From NCBI RefSeq assembly GCF_009914755.1, contig NC_060928.1: a stretch of 64,000 nt of DNA. One strand, given 5' to 3'. The notes under the pieces are model-generated. The model was not told the origin of the DNA. It saw only the letters and a program-made list of their open reading frames with translations, and made no database searches. Origin of the DNA: the human T2T-CHM13v2.0 reference genome, Homo sapiens. The position numbers and the translations under genes are program-made. Position 1 is the first letter of the stretch. Each line of letters begins with the position of its first letter. Of the stretch, positions 1 to 12,836 are shown in pieces.

Positions 1-529
1 GAAGTACACACTTTTATATTTGGATCGAAAGTGAGAATATATCTAAGTAAATGTCAAAAAGTTATATCTACAGGAAAAGGTATGGTCCCCCCAAATATTT
101 TATTTTCTAGGCTAAACATCTTTCAAACAAAGAAAACATTCTCAGATCCTTTACAGCATGTTGATTGTCATTCTCTGGTTCCAGTTTAAGATATGTTATT
201 CTGCTTTGGAGACATTTATCTATATCTTTCTTAAAGCATCCCAATATTGCAACTGATTTTTAGAAGACTTATCTCAATGGAGATTTACACTGATAGTATA
301 GCAAATGTGTGTTGTATTGTAATTTTGAATGTTTCAACACAGCTTTGTTGAGTCCTCTATTATCTATTTTGTGTTTGAGCAACTTGTGTTTTTTAGCCTA
401 AATGCAGGACTTTACCATTATCCATTTTCAATTTGATGATGTACACTATGTTAAAATGAGAAAGGAACTATATTGTACATACAGTATGGTTACCACTACA
501 TGAAAAATATACCTACCTGTTAAAATAAA

Positions 530-1012
530 TCATGCTTACAGTGGTGCTATTCATAATAGCAAAGAGGTAGAAGCAATACAAATGTCCATCAATGGGTGAG
601 TAGATACACAAAATGAACATACAGTAGAATATTACTGGACTTCAAATAGAAAGGAAATCTGTCATATGCCACAGCATGGATAAACCTTGAGGACATTATG
701 CTAAATGCAATAAGCTACTCACAAAAAGACAAATATGATTCTACTCGTGTACGAGATCTAAAATAGTCAAATTCACAAAAAACGGAAAGTAGCATGGTGG
801 TTACCAGAAACTGAGGAAAGGGGAGAATAGGAGTTGTGTTAAACTCCTATTTAGGGATAAAATTTAGGTATAAATTTTCAGTTTGGCAAGATCAAAAGGC
901 TCTGGATATCCATTTCACAACACTCTGAATGTACTTAACACTACTGAGCTATACACTTGAAAGTAGGTAATATGAGAAATTTTATGTTAACTGTTATTTA
1001 CTACTATTTAAA
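530..1012 (+). mobile_element. Old L1 (L1MA/L1MB-like) 3' fragment
   Basis: L1M ORF2-end/3'UTR motifs (aaatgtccatcaatgggtgag, aaccttgaggacattatgctaaatg, acttaacactactgagct); boundaries approximate. Confidence 0.75.
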
Positions 1013-1135
1013 AAGCAGAAACAGCAAAACGTATTGATATAGATGTGAGGGATTGAGGGATGTGGATGTACACAATAACTCAAAGCATTCTGCCTTGCAC
1101 AACTTGGTAATGGTGATTGCATTAATAGATAAGTG

Positions 1136-1486
<351 letters not shown>

Positions 1487-1972
1487 TTATAATAGACACT
1501 GTGGTGCTTTGCACCATCTCTTCTTTGCCCAAGTGATTTCAGCACTGCTCTGGTAAGCAGTTCCATGCACATTGCTAGGGTCCCATCTTAATGAGAAGAT
1601 GTGCATTGTTGCTTTCCTACTTCAGGGCTTTCTCCTAAGGCACACGTATTCCAAACCAACACACAGATGCAGCCTGGAAGTGGGAGGAAAAGGAATCAAT
1701 GGATCATTGCTCCTACTTCCCCATCCTACTCAGATACTGTTTTCAGGCAGTTTCTACAGGGAGCCCAATATGTCCCAGTGGATCTGAGCCCCAGTTGCTG
1801 TTGCTGTTAACCAGTTTAATAATGTACCCCACTCGTGCCTCTTTTGTCTTTTTTTTTCCATTTCTGCTTTCATTCTCTGAAAGCTCTTTTTTTTGTCCTG
1901 ATTCTTAGAGTAATCTTCCAAATAAAATATATATTAATATACCCAATCTTTGTCTCAGGTTTTCATCAAAAC

Positions 1973-2796
1973 TACAGACAGTTTTCAAAAGAAGACATAC
2001 ATGCGGCCAACAATCATATGAAGAAAAAGCTCAATGTCACTTCTCATTAGAGAATGCAAATCAAAACCACAATGAGATACCATCTCACAGCAGTCAGAAT
2101 GGCTATTACTAAAAAGTCAAAAAATAACAGATGCTGGCAAAGTTGTGGAGAAAAAGGAATGCTTATACACTGTTGGTGGGAGTGTAAATTAGTTCAACTA
2201 TTGTGAAAGACAGTATGGCAATTCCTCAAAAACCCAAAGACAGAACTACCATTCAGTTGAGCAATCCTATTACTGGATATATACCCAAAGGGATATAAAT
2301 AATTATATTATAAAGACACACGCACATATTTATTTGTTCATTGCAGCACTATACACAATAGTAAAGACAGGATTGCCAACCCAAATGCCCATCAATGATA
2401 GACTGGACAAAGAAAATGTGGTACATATATACCATAGAACCCTATGCAGCCATGAAAAAGAATGAGGTCAAGACCTTTGCAGGGACATGGATGAAGCTGG
2501 AGGCCATTATGCTAAGAAAACTAATGCAGGAACAGAAAGCTAAATACCCCATGTTCTCACTTATGAGTGGGAGCTAAATGATGAGAACACATGGACGCAT
2601 AGAGGGAAACAACACACACTGGGGCCTATTGGAGAGTGGAGGGTGGGAGGAAGGAGAGGATTAGGAAAAATAACTATTGGGTACTAGGCTGAATACTTGG
2701 GTGATGAAATAATCTGTACAACAAACTCCCGTGACATAAACCTATGTAACAAACCTGCACATATATCCCTGAATTTAAAATAAAAGTTAAAAAAAG
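1973..2796 (+). mobile_element. L1PA 3' fragment (ORF2 C-terminus + 3'UTR)
   Basis: ORF2 peptides FSKEDIHAANNHMKK and MIDWTKKMWYIYT..., G-rich 3'UTR, aataaaagttaaaaaaa end. Confidence 0.93.
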
Positions 2797-2852
2797 GAAA
2801 ATATATGGAATATTTAGGACATGCAAAGTTTTAGGAATCTTTGGGAAATTTA

Positions 2853-3192
<340 letters not shown>

Positions 3193-4242
3193 AGAAAGTT
3201 AGAAATTAATTAGTGTCACCTCAAAAGTAGCTGTCTTTTCCATTTCTTGATCCATTCTGCTCTTCATCTTCCAGAAACTGCTTTCTGCCACTCATTTACA
3301 TTTGTCATTGTTTCTGTGCTTTTTCTCCTATTTTACTAGTTTTTTAAAAAAGTCAGAGATCTTAAGAAAGTTCACTGAATAGAAAGTTTGTCTAAAATAC
3401 CTAAACTTTCTCTTCCTCAAATGGATCATTTGTGACTATATAAAGCTCTAGCTTTTTTTTCAGCGACTCTTCTGTCCTTCATGAGTTTCTGGCCAGAGGG
3501 CCATATCTAATTTGCTTCTCAATATAATTGCTCTGAATAATGGTATGTTCTCTACCTTCTCTGCAACTTTATTTCATCAAATAAAAAAAAACAGTATCCT
3601 TTAAATAGAATGTGAAAAAACTTAAAGATATTTTGGCTCAGCCTGGTCTTGTCAGTCTAAGAGAGATTTACTCTTGTAACAAAGAGGTAGGTTTTCTTTT
3701 CTTTTTTTTTTTTCTAAATACCTCTAGGAACCCATTCTGTCCATGTGTCATATCTTATTTGATGCACGATGTCAGAAATGTGGTTGAAATCTGGAAAAAA
3801 TCCTGGATCTTTGGCACTTTTTCAAAGGCTAAAAGAAATCTTTGCAGAACTGAAAGCTGTCATTTGTGTCCAGGGAGGAGTAAAATTGTTCTGCTTAAAT
3901 CCAAATTGTTGTTTCAAAGAGAACAAAAATGAAAAGTTTGGAAGATAAAATGATGACTAATCCACTCTTGTAAGTTAGAGTACTCTTATTCTTTTTGATT
4001 TAGTAGATGCTGTGATCATGTTTCTTTATACTAATCCTCCTGCAAGCATAATGATCCCCATCTCCTGGGATATCATTTTCCCCCTATGCTTTGTTTCTCC
4101 CTGTTTTATACCTACCTCTATTGTATTTTTCAGAAATATTTTTTTCTGTGAATTGTATCTTCATCATAAAGTTTAGAGGACTTATTAATTTCACTTAAGT
4201 TTAAAGAGAATCATTAGAAATTGGACAGTTAAAAGATATTAA

Positions 4243-4564
<322 letters not shown>

Positions 4565-4881
4565 TAATTTTAAATAAAGAATTTAATTTTTTATTAAATT
4601 CTGTAGAAGAAACTAGAATAATCTGATGTTGAGGTTGAAAAATATCAGAAATATCTTCATTATTATCCTAAGTTTATATATAAGAAAATGAAGGTTCATG
4701 CAATTTAAATAATATGTCCAAAGCCATATATGAATAATCAGCATTACTAGAACTAAAACACACTCTTTCTGTCATTTAATATTGTTTAATTTAATTGAAT
4801 CAATTTAATATGATCAGTAAACCCTGAGATTAAGAGGAGGCACAAGTGACATTTTCTTGCTGATCCTGTTTATGTTATGAC

Positions 4882-5182
4882 TTTTTTTTTTTCTTTTTTT
4901 AAAGATGGACTCTCACTCTGTTGCCCAGGCTGGAGTGCAATGGCGCTATTTTGGTTCACTGCAACCTCCGCCGCCTGGTTCAAGTGATTTTTGTGCCTCA
5001 GCCTCCTGAGTAGCTGGGATCACAGGTGTGTGCCACCACACCCGGCTAATTTTTGTATTTTCAGTAGAGACAGGGTTTTACCACGTTGACCAGGCTGGTC
5101 TCAAACTCCTGGCCTCATGTGATCTGCCTGCATAGGCCTCCCAAAGCACAGGGATTACAGGCGTGAATCACCGTGCCTGGCC
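4882..5182 (-). mobile_element. Alu (AluS-like)
   Basis: Poly-T, reverse Alu ending ccgtgcctggcc. Confidence 0.95.
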
Positions 5183-5206
5183 TCTATCTAGTTTTTAAAA
5201 GGTTTT

Positions 5207-5510
5207 AACTGAGTGTGGTAGCTCATGCCTGTAATCCCAGCACTTTGGGAGTCTGAGGTGGGAGAATCCCTCGAGTTCAGGAGTTTGAGACCAGCCTGGA
5301 CAACAGGTGAAAACCCATTTCTACAAAAAATACAAAAATTTGCTGGGCATGGTGGTGGGAGCTGGTAGTCCCTGCTACTCTAAAGGCTGAGGTGGGAGGA
5401 TAGCTTGAGCCCAGCAGGTGAAGGTTGCAGGGCGCCATGATGGCTCCACTGCACTCCAGACTGGGCAACAGAGGGAAACTTTGTCTCAATAACAATAATA
5501 ATAATAATAA
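5207..5510 (+). mobile_element. Alu (AluJ-like) with (AAT)n tail
   Basis: Alu dimer followed by aataacaataataataataataa. Confidence 0.95.
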
Positions 5511-6608
5511 CTTTTACATATTTTGCATTTTATAGATGAGATTGACACATGGAGAGGGTAACTTGCCCAACCATGTGGTTAATCAATGGCAGAGCCAGAA
5601 CTAGCACTGACTTATATGTGCATTTGCTTATTCATGCAATAAATATTTTGAGTGCATTATCTGTTGCAGGCATTATGCTAGGTAATGGGGATTCAATTAA
5701 ATAATAAACAAAATAGAGTCTCCAATGGCATAAAGTTCATAGTAGGCCATGACTGGGCTGCTACATATCAATGATGATGGAAACAAGAGAATTCAAGAGC
5801 GTTTCATCGTGGAGTAGCAAGAATTCCTAGCTGATAGAACCTTCGGTGCTGGTGTGGCCTTTTCCCCCTAAAAAGCATAGACGGTGGTAGTGTTATGTTT
5901 TTGTTTTTTCAGTTTTTTATTTTTATTTTTTGGCTCCTCTTACCCCATTAGTACTTTAAAGGACTGACTAAATCAACATACTTTGCACACACCAACCAAT
6001 ATGAAGAACTTAGGAAGAAATAAGCAGTCACATACAGTCCTTCATAAATTCATGTGATGCATGCCCTTTACTTATTTGCAGGTTCTATGGTAAAGCAAAA
6101 TGAAAGAAACCTTTGCTATTGTCTGAGTTGCCTCTTTTGCCAGTTTTCGAACCCAGGCCAAATTTTGTGGGCCAGCCTAGCTTAGAGCATATTGTTCAGT
6201 AAAAACTACTAAAAAGTTCAGTAGACTGTAGAATCTAACTCTAGACGGAGTGAGACTAGAGGCAGATGTTGTGTCATTTGTTAGTTGGGCAATAAGTTCA
6301 TACAAAGAAGGTTCCACATTTAACTTCATTTACATACTTTATAAATCACACTGTTGATTTGCAGTTATGCACTCTGACTCTTACTTCTCACAGCTTTTAT
6401 CTAATTACCAGAGAAGTGGGTGGGTGGTTAATTTAAAATTTAATGACAAGAATTAGGCTTCTTTTAACCTAGTACCTTAAAAGAATTGTTAAAACAAATG
6501 ATGTTCTTTAGAGAGAATAGAGGACCAATCAACATTCAACTCTTTTTTTTAGCTGAGTCAGTGTGGGAGACAGACATTAGACAAATAGTCCAATAAAAGC
6601 TATAAGTT

Positions 6609-6638
6609 TATATATATATTATATATATATATATATAA
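6609..6638. repeat. (TA)n microsatellite
   Basis: Interrupted tatatata run. Confidence 0.9.
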
Positions 6639-7899
6639 ATGTATATAGATAAAATTGTGATAATCAAGGATACTTTAAAAAGAAGAGAATACTTAGAAAC
6701 ACATCATGGAAGAACTTAGGTGTAGATTCGTCTCGATTTGGGGTAGGGGATGAGTCAGGGAAGGCTCTCGTGAGAAAATGGCTTTTAAGCTCAGATATTA
6801 GAAAAGTAAATAAAAGGGAAGAAATTAATCAAAAAAGTTGTGAGAAGTGAATGCTTCATTGCAGAAGACAGAAGTACATCTTGGAAGACAGAACTTCTGA
6901 TATTTTTCCCCATTCTTCATGTTTTCCATTTGAAGGACTGGGCCAGGAACACTTTATCATTCAAATTATGTTACATATTTCTTAGTGCCAATTGAAACCA
7001 AATTAAGATCTTGATTGTGGTGACAGCTACATGACTAAGCATTTGTCCCAACTCAGATCCACATGCCAAAAAGAATGACTTTTACTATATATAAATTTCA
7101 AATAGAAATAAAACCAAAATAAAAGAAAATACAAATTAAGTTTACACCATTGACTACTGTTGTCCAGTTGCTCTTTCACCTTCATACTAAAAAGCAACAA
7201 GTAAAATATGAGTGTGCACAGGATTATGTGTGTTTCATCAAAACTCTAATCTCTCCCTTGCTATTAAAATGTTTGCTCTTGTCTGATTTTTTCCATTTCA
7301 AACACAAGAGGGACTCTTTAATATAGCTTTAATATGTAGACAGGCTAGGAAATCCCCAAAAGAAAAATGTGTTTTGTAACATACTGATTTGACAAATGGA
7401 GTGTCATTCTAAGGCTTCATTCTGGCACTACCTGACAGGCACCTTTGTTATCTAGAAGAAATATGGCTACACTTGCTGGTAGAACACATAATGCAGGTAC
7501 CAGAAAGTCATCACTCCAGTAATGACAAGACACCAGAGATCATTATTTCCTAGCCTGAAAACCTTGTGTACCATTGTTAAAATGGAGGCCTGTCATTTTA
7601 CTGTATGTCATCTGATGACATTATCTCTGATATTTATGACAAAGGAAGCACCTTGTGACTTTTACCACTCAAATTAAATAGCATTTTTTAATCTTTCACT
7701 GGATTGAAGAAATCTGACTTAGGAAAGGAAAGCCCATTTAGATACATTCGTTGACTTGCGTTGAAATGTGAATTCCTCTCTCCTCCAAAAAGATATCCTC
7801 CAGAATCTCCAAGGAGGAGAAAGAGGGATTCTGTTTTGATAGTTAATGGTCGTGAGGCTTACAAGTTCCCAGAAACTGACAATACTGCTTTGTTTATAG

Positions 7900-8080
7900 G
7901 CATTAGCACCTTAATTTTCACAGCAATAATTGAAACCGTACTCTCTGAGGCAGAGGTTATTGGTGTTTCAATTTTGCAAAAGAGGAAATTAAGGTCCAGA
8001 GAGGTCAAGAAACTTGCTCCAGGTGGCAGAGCCAGGAAGTGTTCTGAGCGTTGTGCATGTCACGGAGGCTCGCATGCTTT
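7900..8080 (-). mobile_element. MIR fragment
   Basis: attttgcaaaagaggaaattaaggtccagagaggtcaagaaacttgc matches the MIR core in reverse. Confidence 0.65.
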
Positions 8081-8428
8081 ATCTTCTAGGGTCAGATGTG
8101 CTGCTGGAGAGGGATAATGCTGCATAGCTCACCCAAGCAGCTGCCAGTGCTGATGCTTAGATGTGTGCTGATTTCTTCCTGTCAGATGCTTGAATCTTGT
8201 GTCAATTCATATTAGGACCTTAGTATTTCCTGCTTCTCAGCATTAACATTTCCTGTAATAAGCTTCTTGTGATTCCCTTTAAGGACCTCCAACCGAAGAG
8301 TCCCCCAGAGTTTTGCTTAGTTAACAATCCTGCTTTCAGTGGCAGTATATTAACTATGAAACAATTGCAAAGGAATAGTATAAGAGTTTCCCTCTGCCTT
8401 ATTAATAAATAAAAAGGTAATACAAATC

Positions 8429-8751
8429 TTTTTTCTTTTCTTTTTTTTTTTTTTTTGAGAAAGGGTGTTGCTTTGTTGCCTAGGCTGGAGTAGGTGCAGT
8501 CACAGCTTACTGCAGCCTTGAACCCTTGGGCTCAAATGATCCTCCCACCTCAGCTTCCTGGGTAGCTGAGACTGCAGGCTCAGGCCACCAGGCCCAGATA
8601 ATTAAAAAAAAAAAAAAAAAAAAAACTTTGGTAGAGATAGGGGGTCTCACTATGTTGCCCAGTCTGGTCTCTAACTCCTGGGTTCACATGACCCTCTTGC
8701 CTCTGCCTCTGAAAGTGCTAGGATTACAGGCATGAGACACCACATCCAGCC
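8429..8751 (-). mobile_element. Alu (AluJ-like)
   Basis: Poly-T, diverged reverse Alu with an A-run in the middle linker; near-TSD acaaat(t)ctt. Confidence 0.93.
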
Positions 8752-8823
8752 ACAAATTCTTAATAGCAATTTCAAATGTTAATAACAAACCCATGGTGAT
8801 CTTTCACATTGATATAGACTCTT

Positions 8824-9078
8824 TTTATTTTTTTGAGACAGAGTCTCACTCTGTTGCCCAGGCTGGAGTGCAGTGGCGTGATCTCGGCTCACTGTAACCT
8901 CTGCAGTAGCTGGGATTACAGGTATGTGCCACCACGCCCGGCTAATTTTTGTATTTTTAGTAGAGACAGGGTTTTGCCATGTTGGCCAGGCTGGTCTCGA
9001 ACTCCTGACCTCAGGTGATCCACCTGCCTTGGCCTCCCAAAGTGCTGTGATTATAGGCATAAGCCACTGTGCCCGGCC
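8824..9078 (-). mobile_element. Alu (AluS-like) with an internal deletion in the right monomer
   Basis: aacctctgc|agtagctggg junction lacks about 38 bp of consensus; near-TSD tgatatagactcttt / tgataaagactcttt. Confidence 0.93.
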
Positions 9079-10964
9079 TGATAAAGACTCTTTATGATTC
9101 TTCTGTTTCTTAAAACATGTAATCTTTTTAATTTTTAATCTTAGCCATGCTCAAAACTTTTACTAATATGACTTGCTATAGTAAACATACAGTACTGTTG
9201 CTTATCTTTCTCCAACAAATCAAAGTACATAGTAAGTAAAGAGGCCTGAAAGTACTTTTTAAAACTTTAAAAAGTAATCATATATGAGGAAAACAAAGTT
9301 GAGAAGGTTGTATCTTGGTTTTACTAATGGAGAAACTGAGGTGAAAATGGGTTGAAGTTTGTTGCAGCTTAGCCACTGCAAAGTTTAACTCAATCAGGGT
9401 GAAGTTATTTTAAGACACATAGCTTTAACTACCATGGAATGAGGGTATCTGCTATAAAGGTATTCTGATATGGAAACCTGAAGTGAACTCCCTTTCTTTT
9501 AGAGAGTGGACAGGTTATCATTATGGATCAGAGCCAAAAGAGATGACACGTTGGTGACATTTGTTACCTTTATATAGTTCTGGCAACAACAACAAAAATA
9601 CTACTATTTGAAGAAGATGGTTGAAAATGCAGATGGACTTCTTTAATTATCTTCCTTTCCTTTAGTGTTGTCCTTCAAAATAAGGTAGATAAATTTCATT
9701 CATTCTATAATCCACAAATATTCACTGTAACTGTCTTTCAGCTGCTGAAATACCAACAGAGAATCATATCAACCTTGTAAAAAGCTATTGGACCAAGCTC
9801 TTCTGCCACGAAAAACAAAGAAGATGATTAATTTTATTTGCTTTACTGTTTGCATTTCCCTAAGACACAATGAACTGATTAAAATACTTTTGTACTCATT
9901 CATTAGGCTTTTTTGTATATTAAGGTGCATTATTTTGACATACTTACCACATAATTATATTTGTGTAATGATTTCACATTCATAGTCATGCGTGTGTTAT
10001 TTTCTTCTCACAACAAAGCATACCAGAGGAAAAGTTATAACTCCCATTTTTACAGAGAACAAAAATAAGGCTTTGGAGTTTGACCATGGCTATGCAGCTA
10101 CTCTGAGTGTGTGTGTATGTTTATATGTGGGAGTGGGCTATAGAATTAGACTTCATGTATATTGGTTTCTACTAGCACTTTCTATATTCCCCGTGCTATC
10201 TTTACAAAATGAACTAAGTTTTGAAGCACCACAAGCTTCTACTCAGCCCTGCTGGCATTTTCAGGACATCTGGATGACAAGGTTTTCTTTGTTTTGCTTT
10301 GAATTGTGGGTACCGCAAAGAACCAGTAGCATTTCTGGCACACGTTCCAATTTTCTGATTCAAAATCTCTCTGTCTATTTGATGTTGCTACTACGAAATT
10401 CATATAGAAAAAGACGTTAAAAGGTTAAGTGGTTTTGGTGTGTGTAAGAACAAGGGTGAACACCCTACTGCTTCTCCTTTTTTTCCTGGATTCCTCTCAC
10501 ATTTACCTACTTCATTTATGGGGTAGAGAGGGATGGGTGGAGTTGTAAAAGAAACATAATAAAAGCAGAGGGAAATAAGAGCAGCACCTCTGAGGAAATT
10601 TCCTGCATTCAAAAATTATAGGCTGGAATAAAATGTCTGGATTAGAATTTTGTTTCTCCTCATTCTACTCTGCCTGAAGCCACATGGAGTAAAGCTGAGG
10701 TTCCTGAGAAGTGAAAGTTCTTGACAATGAAGCCGAAATAATGTATCTCAAGCTGGAGAGCAGACCCTCAATCTTCAAATGTATTATTTATTCAAAGAAT
10801 AATTATTGGGTACCAACAATATATCAAGTATCATTCTCGGTGTTTGGTAAATACTTGTGAACAAAAGAAAGATTTTTACCCTCTGAAGCTTACATGCTAG
10901 CAGGGAGAAACAGACAATAAGCAATAAATGTAATACGGAAGAATGTTCCCTTGTGGGTTAGAAG

Positions 10965-11175
10965 GTGATGAGTGCAGCAAAACAAAGTTATAAAAGCATT
11001 ACTCCTAGAGCTAGACTGTCCGAATTCAAACCTTAGCCCCACCACTTCCCAACTGTGTGACTTGGGTAAGTTATTTACCCTCTCTGTGCCTCATTTTCTT
11101 ATGACCTATAAAATAGACAAGGCAATAGTGCTGGAATATCTGGCTTATAGTAAGAACTCTGTAACTGCTTATTCA
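10965..11175 (+). mobile_element. MIR
   Basis: ctgtgtgacttgggtaagttatttaccctctctgtgcctcattttc MIR core. Confidence 0.8.
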
Positions 11176-11374
11176 AAAATAATTACTGTGGAAAAATTTA
11201 AAAGATAAGCAGTATGGATGTGAGTGACTCTATAGAGGGTGTAGGTATCATTTGAGGGGAAAATACGTGAGCAAAGACTTAAGGAGGAGAAGGAGTTAGC
11301 CAGACAAATATATTGGGGATGAGCAGTCCCAACAGAGGACATGGCCCTTGTGAATGTGGGAAGATGAGAGTCTA

Positions 11375-11800
<426 letters not shown>

Positions 11801-11830
11801 AATTGATTGTTGGTTTAAAGAAGAGGAGTG

Positions 11831-12154
11831 GGCTGGGTTCAGTAGCTCATGCCTGTAACTCCAGCATTTTGGGAGGCCAAGGTGGAAGGATTGTTTGAGC
11901 CAGGCATTGGAACCACGCCTGGGCAGCATAGAAAGATCCCATCTCTACAAAAAAAATAAAAACATGTATCTGGGAATGGTGGTGGGAGCATATAGTCCCA
12001 GCTACACAGGAGGCTGAGGTGCAAGAATCACTTGAACTTGGGAGGTTGAGGCTGTACTGATCTGTGATTCCATCACTGCACTCTAGCCTGCGTGATGGAG
12101 GGACATCGTGTCTTAAAAAAAAAAAAAAAAAAAAAAAACAGAAAAGAAAAAGAA
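11831..12154 (+). mobile_element. Alu (AluJ-like)
   Basis: Dimer with long A tail; TSD aagaggagtg on both sides. Confidence 0.95.
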
Positions 12155-12769
12155 AGAGGAGTGACATAAACTGACTTTTATTTTTTAAAGGATTATTTTG
12201 GTTGCTGCATTAAGAATAAATTTTAAGGGCCCAAGGCCAAAAGCAAGGAGACCAATTATTGCAGTCATCCATGTGAGAGGTGATGAGGGTTGCAGTGGAG
12301 ATGGTGGAAAGTACTTGGATTCTGGATATATTTGGAAGATAAAGCCAAAAGGAGTTTCTAATGGGTTGCATACAGAGAGTGCAGGAAAAAGAAAAATTAA
12401 GGATGAATTCAAGATTAAAATTTCTCTTAATGATTTCTCCTGCCTCTCTTCCTTCCTGCCTACAGTTTTTTTCATCCACCCCCAATTTCCCTTTGTATTT
12501 ATTGCTAAGAGACCCCCCCAAGACTAGGAAAATAATAATATAAGGAAAGGAGAGTGGCTTTATGAGAGACAATGGGGCAGAAGAGAAAAGCAATCTCCAT
12601 CTGGAGGAAGAATTCAGGCTGGCAGCTCCTCCCACAGAATATTGTGGAGAGTAATTCCAACTGGAAAGAGATACAGATGGAAAAGCTCAAGTGCCCAATC
12701 CTTGTAACATCCAGCTTTGTGGGTAATCTTTCACAGGATCAGGGAGGTTCAAGAAATTTCCCTGAGCCA

Positions 12770-12836
12770 TACCCCATAAATATATGCACCTACTATGCAC
12801 CCACAAAAATTGAAAATAAAAATAAATTTTAAAAAG
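12770..12836 (+). mobile_element. Very short 5'-truncated L1MA 3' end with TSD
   Basis: taccccataaatatatgcacctactatgcacccacaaaaattgaaaataaaa = L1MA terminus; flanked by aaatttcc(c)tgagcca on both sides. Confidence 0.8.

Noticed and set aside
826-851. 10-bp stem hairpin aataggagtt/aactcctatt
   Set aside because: Short, within an old L1; likely a neutral local template switch
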